NCBI RefSeq assembly: GCF_018350175.1
Contig: NC_058368.1
Location: forward strand, 120,530,001 to 120,594,000
From: Felis catus
Taxonomy: Eukaryota
Direction: 5' to 3'
DNA length: 64,000 nt
Position 1 is the first letter of the stretch; every line of letters begins with the position of its first letter. Shown piece by piece: positions 47,650 through 61,000 of this stretch. Below the pieces are notes generated by a model that saw nothing but the letters and a program-made list of their open reading frames with translations, made no database searches and was not told the DNA's origin. A program made the translations under genes and the position numbers.

Positions 47650-47870
47650 GGGGCGCCTGGGTGGCGCAGTCGGTTAAGCGTCCGACTTCAGCCAGGTCAC
47701 GATCTTGCAGTCCGTGAGTTCGAGCCCCGCGTCAGGCTCTGGGCTGATGGCTCAGAGCCTGGAGCCTGTTTCCGATTCTGTGTCTCCCTCTCTCTCTGTC
47801 CCTCCCCCGTTCATGCTCTGTCTCTCTGTCCCAAAAATAAATAAACGTTGAAAAAAAAATTTAAAAAAAA
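47650..47870 (+). mobile_element. Young felid Can-SINE
   Basis: Perfect 17-bp TSD aagataaaaagcttctt 47633-47649/47871-47887. Confidence 0.96.
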
Positions 47871-47889
47871 AAGATAAAAAGCTTCTTCT

Positions 47890-48095
47890 GGGGCGCCTGG
47901 GTACCTCAGTCAGTTAAGTGTCTGACTTCGGCTCGGGTTATGATCTCACAGTTCGTGGGTTCCAGCCCCACATCAGACTCTGTACTGACAGCTCGGAGCC
48001 TGGAGCCTACTTCTGATTCTGTGTCTCCCTCTCTCTCTGTCCCTCCCCTGCTCACATTGTCTCTCTCTGTCTCTCAAAAATAAATAAATGTAAAA
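47890..48095 (+). mobile_element. Can-SINE
   Basis: Second SINE head immediately downstream of the 47650 copy. Confidence 0.92.
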
Positions 48096-49410
48096 CAAAA
48101 CAACGCAAAAGAAACAACAAAACTAAAAGGCAGCTGACAGAATGGGAAAAGATATTAGCAAATGACTTATCGGATAAAGAGCGAGTATAAAATCTATAAA
48201 GAACTCACCATATGAATGAGTGGGAATACAAATCAAAGCCACACTGAGATACCACCTCACACCAGTTAGAGTACCTAAAATGAACAAATCAGGAGACTAT
48301 AGATGCTGGCGAGGATGTGGAGAAACAGGAACCCTCTTGCACTGTTGGTGGTAATGCTAACTGGTGCAGCCACTCTGGAAAGCTGTGGAGGTGCCTCAAA
48401 AAATTAAAACTAGAACTACCCTATGACCCAACAATAGCACTGCCAGGAATTTACCTAAGGGATACAGGAGTGCTGATGCATAGGGGCACTTGTACCCCAA
48501 TGTCTATAGGAGTGCTTTCAACAATAGCCAAATTATGGAAAGAGCCTAAATGTCCACCAACAGATGAATGAATCAAGAAGATGTGGTTTATATATACAAT
48601 GTAATACTACTTGACAATGAGAAAGAATAAAGTCATGCCATTTTCAATAACGTGGATAGAACTGGAGGGTATTATGCTAAGTGAAATAAGTCAGTCAGAG
48701 AAAGACATCTATCATTATGTTTTCACTCATATGTGGATCTTGAGAAACTTAACAGAAGACCATGGGGGAAGGAAAGGGGAAAAGAATAGTTACAAACAGA
48801 GAGGGAGGGAGGCAAACCATAAGAGACTCTTAAATATAGAGAACAAACTGAGGGTTGATGGGGGGTGGGGGAGAGGGGAAAATGGGTGATGGGCATTGAG
48901 GAGGGCACTTGTTGGGATGAGCACTGGGTGCTTTGTGTAAGCCAATTTGACAATAAATTATATTAAAAAATAATAAATAAATAAATGTTCAAATTGAAAA
49001 ATAAAATAAAATGACCATACTACCCAAAGCAATCTACAGATTCACCGTAATCGCTATCATAATACTATTAGCATTTTTTTCAGAACTAGAATAATCCTAA
49101 CCATATATGAAAACACAAATGATCCTATATCAAAGCAATCTGGAGAAAGAACAAAGCTGAAGGTATCATAATTCCTTATGTCAAAGCTATCATAATTCAA
49201 ACGGTATAATATAGACACACAGATCAATAGAATAGAGTCCAGAAGTGAACCCAACCTTATATTGTCAATAAACTAAACTATGACAAAGAAAAGAAAAATA
49301 TGCAATAAGACAAAGAGAGTCTGTTTAATAAATGATGTTGGAAAACTAGGCAGCTACATGTAAAAGAATGAACCTGGAACACTTTCTCACATCATACACA
49401 AAAATAAAAT

Positions 49411-49485
49411 GTTGAGGAAGGCACTTTTTGGGATGAGCACTGGGTGTTGAATGGAGACCAATTTGACAATAAATTATATTTTAAA
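49411..49485 (+). mobile_element. ~75-bp felid L1 3' terminus
   Basis: gaggaaggcactttttgggatgagcactgggtg...caatttgacaataaatt, as at 61785-61846. Confidence 0.85.
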
Positions 49486-49705
49486 AAATGTATTTAAGAT
49501 CTAAATGTGAGACCTGAAACCATAAGATTCCTAAAAGAAAACATAGGCAGTAATCTTTTAAACACTGGCCTTAGCAACATATTTACAGATGTGTCTCCCC
49601 AGGCAAGGGGAACAAGAGCAAAAATAAACTATTGGGACTACACCAACATAAAAATCTTTTCTAAGCAAAAGAAACAATCAACAAAATGAAAAAGCAGCCT
49701 ACTAA

Positions 49706-49730
<25 letters not shown>

Positions 49731-49748
<18 letters not shown>
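49731..49748. repeat. (TA)n microsatellite (array begins ~49711)
   Basis: Direct reading. Confidence 0.9.
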
Positions 49749-49750
<2 letters not shown>

Positions 49751-52595
49751 CAAATGATATATCTGACAACGGATTAATCCAAAATATGTAAAGAACTCAT
49801 ACAACTCAACACCAAGAAAACTAAAACCATGATTTTAAAATATGCAGAGGATCTGAACAGACATTTTCCCAAAGAAAATATACAAAGGGTCAACAGACAC
49901 ATGAAAAGATCCTTAACATCACTAATCAGGGATTTAAAATCAAAACTACAATGAGATATCACCTTATGCCAGTCAGATGTGTAGTATCAAAAAGACAAGT
50001 AATAACCATTATTAGTGAGGATGTGGAGGAAAAGGCAATCTCGTGCACTGTTGATGGGAATGTAAATTGGCTCAGCTACAATGAAAAACAGTACCGAGGT
50101 TCCTCAAAATATTAAAAATAGAAATACTATACAACCCTGTAATTTCACTACTTGGTATTTACCCAAAGAAAAACAAAAACAGTAATTCAAAAAAGATATA
50201 TTGCAACATTATTTACAATAGCCCAGATATGGAAGCAACCTGAGTGTCCACCAATAAATGAATAAAGAAAGTGTGGTGCATATGTACAATAAAATATTAC
50301 CCATCCATAAAAAATAATGAGATCTTGCCATTTACACCAGCATGGATGAAACTAGAAGGTATTCTGTTAAGTGAAATAAATCAGAGAAAGACAAATGCCA
50401 TATTATTTCACTTATATGTGGAATCTGAAAAACGCAATGCTTGAACAAGCAGAAACAGACTGATAAATACAGAGAGTAAAGTGGGCGTTTGCAGACGTGA
50501 GGAGAAGAGCAGTGGGCAGAATAGGTGAAGGGGTTTAAGAAATACAAACTTCCAGTCATAAAATAAGTAAATCATGGGGATGAAAATTACAGCATAAGAA
50601 AAAGAGTCAATAGCACTGTATGGTGACAAGTGGTGACTATAATTATCATGATGAACACTGAGTAATGCATAGAATTGTTGAATCACTTGGCTGTGTACCT
50701 GCAACTAATATAACACCGCATGTCAATTATGTTTTCATAATAAAAATATTGAAAAATATAAAATATTTAGACATATTAAAATAAAGTAATAAAGTCAATT
50801 ATCCTGAGTCTTAAATTTTGGCAACTGCTTTAAAAAATTAACACCAAACAAATCTATGGGCTGGATTCCACCAAAGAGAAACCTTTTTACCTCCTCTGTA
50901 TTATTCTTTCACTTCTTACAATTTTCACTACCAACTTAACATGTCTCTCCTATCATTAGTCTTTCTAAATATAAACATTAATTTTGATGGCATTTTAATT
51001 AAATCATATACACATGTCATTATGCTTATTATCCTACATCCTTAAAATTTCTGTTGACTTTTTTATTGTTGTTGTTGTTATTCTTATTGATGCTGTGATA
51101 AGCATTATTGCACACAAACCTTTGGGTGTAATTCTATCTCTGTGAGTGTTATTAATTCCTAGAAATGCTATTACTGGTTCCAAAGAGTGACATTTTTAAG
51201 GTATATATAAGTAAATTGCTTTCAAAATTGTGACACCAATTTTTACTCCCACTAGCAATATCTAAGAACACCATATCTATGGTAGCTTTACCTTTATTTT
51301 GTATTTGTCTTTGATTTTAGAAATTGAACATGTGAAAGTGATGTTGTAACAGCACTTTTAACTTAATGGTTTGGGATTAGACTTTAAACTAGGAACATTT
51401 TCCTTTTTCTGGAAATCACCATTTCATATTCCAAATAACAATAATTTATGAGGAAAATAATTATCTAGATAAAACAGTTGTTCATTAGAATTACATTACC
51501 ATGAGCAAAGTAAAATTCACCTTGCTAGGGTATAGTATAATTCTGACCAACTTTCTATTTCTTTCATTTATTCAGCTTTGGGGACTGATTAAGCCAAGAA
51601 ACAGCCACAGAAAACTACTATGTGTTTGAAGAGTAAATGACAATGCATATTTCAAAGTGTAAATGTCTCTTGCTTTGCAGGGCCAATGCATTTCAGCAAA
51701 ATTGGCTGTAAAGTGAACTGTGTTTCCCTACAGACTTTTGATATAAAACCAGCAAAGTGTTGTTTTAACAAGAAAAAGAAATGACTAACTTGAGTAATAA
51801 AAATAGCTTCAGAATAAATAAAGATTACCAGGTTGTGAGATGTTGCATGGATTTATTAATTCATTCAACAATATATGAAAGCCTCCAAGGTCCCAGCATC
51901 ATGCTAAGGACTAAAGATACAGCAGAGACTAAAACAAAAATGCCATACCTTATAGCCCTTTCCAAGATTGGTATTCATGCCTTACTTGAGGGACTTAAAT
52001 CCCATGCTTAGGGGCAAGTTTGATGTCACATTTTCCCTAGTTTCCCAGATGAGTTGCCTTTCTCTTATGTTTTGATTGTTTTTGAGATATAAAACAATTA
52101 AAATGCAATGTTGGAGTTTGCAGGTAGATGTCAGTATGCAGTGTGTGTTGTATACTCCTTTCTTAGATGGAGATGTTGGTTTCACAATGCACTTTATCAA
52201 TTCTGTAAATTTTGGTTTTGTTTAAAAGAATTTTATTAAAAATAAGAACACTTTATCTGAACCAAGAAGTTTCTTGTAATATTCCCATGTTCACAAAAGT
52301 ATTTCTCAAACACTTATTAGTGCAAGATACTATAGACACTAGTATCTTGACTGTGATGGTTAAGCATATATGGACCCTACCTTTATAGGATTTGCATTTT
52401 ATCATGAGATTCAGACCGAAAAAAAAAAAAGAGGGAGGATAAGCAAACCAATTCATTAATTACATGTGATCATATTAAGTGCTATAAAGAGTGTATATAC
52501 CTCAGGCAGAATGATCTGGAAAAGAATATTTGAGAATATTAAATTTTATCTAGGAGTTTCTCATGTGAAGATTGAGGGTAATGGTGTTCCAAATA

Positions 52596-52645
52596 GAGAG
52601 AGAGAGAGAGAGAGAGAAAGTAACAAGTACAAAGGTCCTAAGACA

Positions 52646-52722
<77 letters not shown>

Positions 52723-52743
52723 GAAAGAAAGGAAGGAAGGAAG
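52596..52743. repeat. (GA)n and (GAAA)n microsatellites
   Basis: Direct reading. Confidence 0.95.
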
Positions 52744-53734
52744 GGTCCTATTTGAAAAACAAAAGACCAGTGAGACTGGAGTTTAGTGGGAAAGGAGCAG
52801 AGACACAGGATATGTGTCAGGACAGTAACACAGAGGCCAGAACCCTTAGGACCTTGTAGATCATGGTAAGAAATTTAGATTTATTCTAAAGGCAATGAGA
52901 AACCATATGACAGGGAAGAACTATAAAAAGTCTGTACAAAAATTGGATGGTGTTTTAAGTGCATAATACCCATTTCCCAGGACCAAAATTTATACAGAGA
53001 CAGAAACTAATTTTGTCTCTGTTATTTGTGTTACTAAATTGGGTACTTTTAAGTATAGTCTACATATAGTCAAGATTGAGGAAAAAAATAGATATTATAA
53101 TTGTACAAAACAACCCAAAGAACATTTTAATAAGTAACATGACTGCATGAGGACTTATAACTCTACCTTTTCTACAGAAAAAAGTTCAAACAAGGATGGC
53201 AGGTGCCCCAGAATATAAGCACTGGAATAATCTAACTGCACTGCAGCTGGTAAATGTTAAGGAGATTCTGCTGTGAAATGGAATTGAAGGGGGCCCAAAG
53301 ACAGTAGGGGAGGGATGTGAAGGCAATCCTACAAAAAGTGCATTTTTACCTGCTATCAGGTATGAAAATGGAACCTTCTGAGACAGATCACCTGTGAAGC
53401 CACCAAACAAATCTCAATAAATTTAAGAATAGTAAAAACATATTAGGTGTCTCGTCCAATGTTAACACTATAAAACTAGACATTAATTGTAACAAATAAA
53501 TGAAAAACTTTTTTAAAAATGTGAGAACTAAAAGACATACTACTAAACAACCAATGGGTCAATGAGAAGCCCAAGAGGAAATTAAAAATACATGGAGACA
53601 GGTAAAAATTGAAACAAATCAAACCCAAATCTTGGGATACAGCAAAAGCAGTTGTAAAAGGAAAGTTTATAGCAATCCAGGTCTACCTCAAGAAAAATAA
53701 AAAGTCTCAAGTAAACAATATAATGTTACACCTA

Positions 53735-53946
53735 GGGGCTCCTGGGCGGCTCAGTTGGTTGAGCGTCCGACTTCAGCTCAGCTCATGATCTCGCTGTTCC
53801 TAAGTTCAACCTGCGTTGGGCTTTGTGCTGACAGCTCAGACCCTAGAGCCTCCTTTGGTTTCTGTGTCTCCCCCTCTCTCTGCCCCTCCCCTGCTCATGA
53901 TCTGTCTCTTTCCCTCTGTGTCTCTCAAAAATAAATGTCAAAAAAA
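53735..53946 (+). mobile_element. Can-SINE
   Basis: TSD aatgttacaccta 53722-53734/53947-53959. Confidence 0.94.
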
Positions 53947-54545
53947 AATGTTACACCTAAAGGGACTGAATGAATGAATGAATGAATGAATGAATAAATA
54001 AATTTGCAAAGCCCAAAGTTAGTAGAAGGAGGAAATATAGATGAGAAAAGAAATAAATGACCTAAAGACTAAAAAAAACAATAAAAAAGATCCATGAAAC
54101 TAAGACCTGATTCTTTGAAAAGATAAACACAACTGATAAACCTTTAGCAAGACGCAAACAAAAAAGAGCACTCAAATAAATACAATCAAAAATGAAAAAG
54201 AAGTTACAAAAAACATCACATAAAAACAAAGGATTTTAAGAGACTACTATGAAAATATTATGCCAACAAATTGGACAGAGTGAAAGAAATGTTGAAATTC
54301 CTAGAAATATGCGTTCTTCCAACACCAAATTGGAAAAAAATAAAAATATAATTAGATCAATTACTACTAGCAAAATTTAATCAGTAATCAAGTAACTCCT
54401 AACAAACAAATGTCCAGGACCAGAATAACTCACAGTAAATTTTATGAAACAGTTAAAACTATTCTCAAACTATTTAAAAAAAAATAGAAGAGGAAGGTAT
54501 TCTTCCAAATTCATTCTATGAGGCCAAGACCAGATAAAAATACAT

Positions 54546-54713
54546 GAAGAGAAGAGAAGAGAAGAGAAGAGAAGAGAAAAGAAAAGAAAAGAAAAGAAAA
54601 GAAAAGAAAAGAAAAGAAAAAAAAGAAAAGAGAAAAAAGGAAAGGGAAAAGGAAGGGAAGAAAGAAGGAAGGAAGGAAGGAAGGAAGGAAGGAAGGAAGG
54701 AAGGAAGGAAGGA

Positions 54714-54765
<52 letters not shown>

Positions 54766-54823
54766 AAAGAAAAGAAAAGAAAAGAAAGAAAGAAAGAAGA
54801 GAAAGAGAAAGAAAAAAGAAAAA
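54546..54823. repeat. Compound polypurine microsatellite (GAAGA)n(GAAAA)n(GGAA)n(GAAA)n
   Basis: About 278 nt of pure A/G on the + strand. Confidence 0.97.
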
Positions 54824-56053
54824 TATAGACCAATAACCCTGGTGAACATAAATGCAAAAATCCTCAACAAAATTCACAGTGAATTCAACAATACATTAAA
54901 AGCATCATTCACTATGATCAAGTGGGATTTATTCCAGGAATGCAAGGATGTTTCAAAATCCACAAATCTATCAATGTGATATACCACACTAACAAATGAA
55001 AAATAAAAAAACATATGAACATCTCAATAGATGCATGAAAAGCTTTGAAAAAATCTAACATCCATTTATGGTAAAAACCCTCAATAAAGTGTGTTTAGAG
55101 GAAACATACCTCAACAAAATAAAGACCCACAGCTAAAATCTTTGTCAATGGTGGAAAACTGTAATCTTTTTCTTTGAGATTAGGATTTTATTCAACATAG
55201 TACTGGAAGTCCCAGCTATAGCAAGTACACAAGAAATAAAAGGTATCCAAATTGGTAAGAAAGAAGTGTAACTCTCATTATTTGCAGATGACATGATACT
55301 ATACATAAAAAATACTAAGACTCCACCAAAAAAAAAAAACCCAATTAGAATTAATTCAATAAAGTTGCATGATACAAAATTAATATACAGAATTATGTTG
55401 CATTTCTATACACTTAATAATGAAGAAGCAGAAAGAGAAATTAAGAAAACAATCCCATTTACAATTGTAGCAGAATATAATACTTAGGAATAAATTTAAC
55501 CAAGGAGATGAAATATATGTGCTCTAAAAACTATAAAACATTGATAAAAGAAATTGGAAACAACACAAACAAATGGAAAGACATACCATGCTCATAGAAT
55601 GGAAAAAAATATTATTGTTAAAATATCCATACTGTCCAAAGTGATCTACAAATTCAATACAATCCCTATCAAAATACCAATACTATTTTTTATAGAATAA
55701 GAACAAATAATTCAAAGATTTAAATGGAAACAAAAAAGACACAAAATAGCCAAAGCAATCTTGAGATAAAGAAACACAGCTGGAGATATCACCTCTAGAT
55801 TTCAAATGATATGACAAAGCTATTGTAATCCAAACAATATGGTACTGGCACAAAAACAGACACACAGATCAAGGAAACAGAAGTGATCCCCAAAATAAAC
55901 CAACACTTACATAGTCAATTAATCTACAACAAAGGGGGCAATGGAGAAAAAAAGTCTCTTCAACAAATGGTGTTGGAAAAACTGCACAGCTACATGCAAA
56001 AAAATTAAACTGGATCACTTTTTTATACCATACATAAAAATAAACTCAATATT

Positions 56054-56191
56054 GGGACACCTGGGTGGCTCAGTCAGTTAAGTATCTGACTTCAGCTTAT
56101 GTCATGATCTCGTGGTTCATGAGTTCCAGCCCCATGTCTGGCTCTATGCTGACAGCTCAGAGCCTGGAGCCTACTTCATATTCTCTCTCGT

Positions 56192-56232
<41 letters not shown>

Positions 56233-56250
56233 TTTAAAAAATATTAAAAA
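56054..56250 (+). mobile_element. Can-SINE
   Basis: SINE head, (CT)n tract; flanks aaaataaactcaa. Confidence 0.9.
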
Positions 56251-57719
56251 CAAAATAAAATAAACTCAAAATGTATTAAAGACTTAAAGCTGAGACCTGA
56301 ACCCATAAAATTCTTAAGCAAATATTAGGCAATAATCTCTTAGACATTGGTGGTAGCAACATATATATGGATATGCCTCTTCAGGCAAGGGAAACAAAAG
56401 CAAAAATAAACTATAGGAAATACACCCAAATAAAAGACTTTTGTACAGTGAAAAAACCATCAACAAAAGAAAAAGAAACCTAGTTAATGGGAGAAGATAT
56501 TTGCAAATGATATGCCTAATAACAAGTTAATATCCAAAATACATAAGGAACTTATACAACTTAAGACCAAAAAACAAAAACAAAAACAAACAAAAATGCC
56601 CACAAATAATCCAACTGAAAATGGGCAGAGGACTTAGATAGACATTTCTGCAAACATATACAGATTTCCAGGCGACAAAGGAGAAGATGCCCAGTATCAC
56701 TAATTGTCAGGGAAATGCAGTTCAAAACAATGAGTTATCACTTCACACTGGCCAGAGTGGCTGTTAACAAAAAGACAGGAAAGAAGTGTTGGTGAAATTG
56801 TGGGGTAAAGGGCATTATCGTGTACTGCCACTATGGAATACTGTATGAAGTGTCCTCAAAAAATTAAAAAAAGAAATACCATAGAACCCAATAATTCCTT
56901 TCTTGGTTTTATCCTAAGAAAACAAAAACACTAACTCAAAAAAAAAAAAAATGCACTCCTATGTTTACTGCAGCATTGTTTACAATAGCCAAGATATGGA
57001 AACAACCTAAGGGTCTATAAATAGTTAAATGGATAAAGAAAATGTGGTATCTATCTGTCTATCTATACACAAACCCACACTATATATTTATATTTATATT
57101 ATTTGTATTTATATTTATAGACACAGTGAAATATTACTCATAAAAAAAAACCATGCCATTTGCAACATGGGTAGAGCTAGAGAGTATTATGCCCAGTGAA
57201 ATAGAAGGAAAAAGACAAATTCCATACAGTTTTAGTTAAATGAGGAATCTAAAAAAAAAAAAAAAAAGAATAAATAAACAGAAGACAGAAAGGGACCGGC
57301 AATATAGAGTACAAACTAGTAATTGCCCAAGGGGAGGGAAGAGGAATGGGGAGAGGGAGGGATGAGCACAACAGGTGAGGGGATAAAGAGGTACAATATA
57401 TAAATCATGAGAATAAAAAGTACAGAATAGCGAATAGGGTATATAATATTTCAATAACTGTATAATGACATATTGTAAGTACACTTAGTGTGGTGAGCAT
57501 TTCATAATGTATAGTATAGATCTGTCAAATCACTATACTGTACACCTGAAACTAATATTGTGTATCAACTATCCTCAGTAAAAAATATTTTTAGAAGAAC
57601 TGATGATTATCAATTATTATGTGCTCATTAACTTTGTATGGTCTTTTATTTCTTTCCATCTCTCATATATCTGTAATGTAAGTTGGTGTTAGCTTTTATA
57701 AATTATTAAGTTTTGTTTC

Positions 57720-57934
57720 TTTTTTTTTTATTTTTTTAACGTTTATTTTTGAGACAGAGAGAGACAGAGCATGAACGGGGCAGCGTCAGAGATAGAGGGA
57801 GACACAGAATCGGAAGCAGGCTCCAGGCTCTGAGCCATCAGCCCAGAGCCCGATGCGGGGCTCCAGCTCACGGACTGCGAGATCGTGACCTGAGCTGAAG
57901 TCGGACACAACCGACTGAGCCACCCAGGCACCCC
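57720..57934 (-). mobile_element. Felid Can-SINE
   Basis: Perfect TSD tattaagttttgtttc 57704-57719/57935-57950. Confidence 0.95.
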
Positions 57935-58902
57935 TATTAAGTTTTGTTTCAAATCTACTTTTTTTTTTCTTCCAGGGAACACATTTAATGCATTGCTTTT
58001 TATGACAAAGAAGCCAAACTTCTTAATCTCCAATGGCAATAGATGAGGCACGTTGGTGAACTACTGTCCGTTAATAATAATGGACTCAACTAATACTGAG
58101 GCCATTGAAAAGGACATGAGTTGCCTTAGGAATATGGGGACTTATATCTATATCTATATTCAAAGATTTTAGTAGAAATGCTTCTCATCCTAATCCTTCA
58201 TCTACATTCTGTGTGAGATCAGGAATTTTATTATGTGGAGGAAATAACCAAGAAGCTTTAAAAAAAGACCTTTCTGTGGATATGTATTCTCCACAAATAA
58301 CCACCATACTACTTTAAAGTAGCTAACACATGAGTCCAAAATGGAAGAAGACAGCTGAACTTAATTTTCTGTGGCATTTCCCATGGTATTATATTTGCTT
58401 GTGCCAAATGGATATGGACATTTTTAGCTCAACTTTTCAGTGGTTTGTTTTTTCATCTCATCTGTGCTCCAATGCACAATTTCATCTGCTCACACCTGCA
58501 TGACCAACATGTTGGCTGTAGAAAAGTGCCATGGCTCCCACCACATGGGACTGTAGTACTAAATGCTTAATGGGCCAGTTGCTTCCAAAGAAAGCAAAAG
58601 ATTCATCAGGATTTAGACCACCTTTATGACTGCCCAGTACAAATGAAAATCCCTTTATTCTGTTTATGCCAACATTTCTTCTCTAATCCTTTCACTAGAA
58701 CATTTACCGCTTCTTAGATATACTACTTAATTGGTAATTTCCACTTGTACAGTTCTGCTTCATGACTTAAAGAATTTCTCAAGAATGATTAATGGGAATA
58801 TCCATGATCAAGCAATCTTTCTTAGATCTTAATGAGAGACATAAAATGCTGCTAAAATCCATATTCAGTTCCCAATTTATGTTCACTTTAAAAGTAGTCC
58901 TT

Positions 58903-59101
58903 GGGGCGCCTGGGTGGCGTAGTCGGTTAAGCGTCCGACTTCAGCCAGGTCACGATCTCGCGGTCCGTGAGTTCGAGCCCCGCGTCAGGCTCTGGGCTGA
59001 CGGCTCGGAGCCTGGAGCCTGTTTCCGATTCTGTGTCTCCCTCTCTCTCTCTGCCCCTCCCCCGTTCATGCTCTGTCTCTCTCTGTCCAAAAAAAAAAAA
59101 A
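58903..59101 (+). mobile_element. Young felid Can-SINE
   Basis: CpG-rich, pure poly-A tail, TSD aaaagtagtcctt 58890-58902/59102-59114. Confidence 0.96.
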
Positions 59102-59309
59102 AAAAGTAGTCCTTAATTTTTATCTTCAGCTATGAACACAAAACAAACATCATCTCTGGTTCCAGTTACACAGAGGTTCATGAAAAGAGCCTATATCTAC
59201 TTCTATGGATTTAACATCTTCAACCACTACACCTGCAGAAATTTAAGTGAAGCTTGTGTTTATTAAATAGAAATGTACCCCTCTAACCACAAGTTCTGAA
59301 TAATAGAGA

Positions 59310-60585
59310 CATATATTATTCATTCATGAACAAAAATATGTATCAAGCTCACTGTATAATGGTGACTATAAAAATACTTTTATAATTGATCTTATAGAAG
59401 AATAGTAAAGTTTGACAACTAAAACACCATACAAATAAATATAAAGGTGCAATTATGATAAGCACCTCCCAGGAAAAGTTACAGGGTATACTGAGAATAC
59501 ACTACAGTGAGATCTAAACTAGATTGTGGACAAATAAGGGTTTACATCCAAGCCTAAGTGCCATGTGGGAAGTAAAAATATTTGAGAGTTGAATAGGGAA
59601 GATGGGGATTGTTGGAGAACAATAGGGGACATGTGTACTATGACAAGAAGCACGATATTGTGAGAGACAGCAACAAGACCAGAATTTTTAAAAAAATAAT
59701 AGAGATGAAAGGGAGAAAAGTGGCAAAGGATGAATTAGGAAGGGTAGACAGGGTCTATCTCCTAAGGTAATATCAATAACTTTTATTGAATTCTATTTCT
59801 GTGCCAAGTATCATTCTGAACAGTTTACTTTTATTTACCCATTTGATACAGGAAACTTATAAAGGAGATGTGTTAGCATCCCCATTTAGCTGATGAGAGA
59901 ACAGAGTCCAGAAAGGGTAGAAATCAGCTAGCAAGTGGTTGAGTCAAGATTTGAAGCCAGGCAGACCATTTCCAGAGTCAACATTCTTCATAATCATTCT
60001 ACACTGCCTCTCCAAATTAGAAAAGATTAAAGAATGGTAAGTGTGTATGGCCTGCTATAAATTGCTCAAACTCTCTGTACTGCTTCCTCCACAATCGACT
60101 AAATCCATAATAACAACACAACTTATGGGGGATTAAATGAGTTGACATACATAAAGCACTTAATACCGTGTCTGGCATATAATAAGTGCTATAAAGTGCC
60201 ATATAACAATGTTACTTGTTACTATCACTATTCTGTTGGAAAGTGAATATATAAGCTGCATGTGTATGGTATGGTTATATCTAAGTTTGTAAAAGATCAC
60301 TCTAGCTACAATGAGAAGATTGGATTGAATGGAAGGCATGGGTAGAACAAGAAGACCATTCTTGAAGTTACTCTGCTGTCCAGGACTAAAATGATGGTAG
60401 GAGGGCAAGGATGGAAAACTGAAGATGAGGAGAAATGGATGGATTGGAGAAATGTAAAATCATCAGGATTTGCTGAGGATTGCTTATTGAGGAGGAAAAT
60501 CAAAGTGTTGAAGATGGCTATCAAGGCTAGACATGATGTTTCCGTCCACTGGTGTTGTGAATAGCTCATTAGTACAGGATTGAGG
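59310..60585. mobile_element. Interleaved L2 and MIR relics
   Basis: MIR antisense ~59770-60010 (catccccatttagctgatgagagaacagagtccaga); MIR/L2 end ~60130-60200; L2 purine-rich segments. Confidence 0.55.
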
Positions 60586-60593
60586 GAAAAGAT

Positions 60594-61000
60594 TTTATTT
60601 TATTTTATTTTATTTTATTTTATTTTATTTTATTTTATTTTATTTTATTTTTTGTTTTATTTTATTTTATTTTGTTTTATTTTATTTTATTCTTATTCTA
60701 TTCTATTATTTTATTTTTTTATATAATTTGTTGTCAAGTTAGCTAACCCATAGTGTATACAGTGTGTTCTTGGTTTTGGGGGTAGATTCCCATGATTCAT
60801 CGTTTATATACAACACCCAGCACTCATCCCAACAAGTGCCCTCCTTTATGCCCATCACCTATTTCCTCCTCACCCCACCCCCTCCATTAACCCTCAGTTT
60901 GTTCTCCACATTCAAGAGTCTCTTATGGTTTGCCTCCCTCTCTGTTTGAAACTATTTTTCCCCTTCCCTTCCCCCATGGTCCTCTGTTAAGCTTCTCAAG
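60594..61000 (-). mobile_element. 5'-truncated felid L1 3' end with (TTTTA)n tail
   Basis: Antisense 3' UTR; tail microsatellite 60594-60720. Confidence 0.9.

Larger units (their letters stand above)
47256..49007 (+). mobile_element. 5'-truncated younger felid L1 nested in the host L1 ORF2
   Basis: ORF2 peptide HKNRHIDQWNRIENPE..QLIFDK..K.IQWKKDSL..KWCWEN; 3' UTR and A tail; TSD aaaatggccacacta/aaaatgaccatacta 47241-47255/49008-49022. Confidence 0.9.
41710..50745 (+). mobile_element. Near-full-length decayed LINE-1 with nested insertions
   Basis: 5' end gggggtgcaggaaagatgatggagtaggaag, 5' UTR, deleted ORF1, ORF2 from ~44335, 3' UTR ending ~50745. Confidence 0.85.
53400..57585 (+). mobile_element. 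Decayed LINE-1 ORF2 plus 3' UTR
   Basis: RT motif tta ttt gca gat gac atg ata cta tac (LFADDMILY) at ~55278; 3' end gtacacctgaaactaatat. Confidence 0.9.

Noticed and set aside
54470..54877. K/E/R-rich and F/S/L-rich ORFs
   Set aside because: Artefacts of stop-free microsatellite sequence (same for 52466-52859 and 26705-27102)
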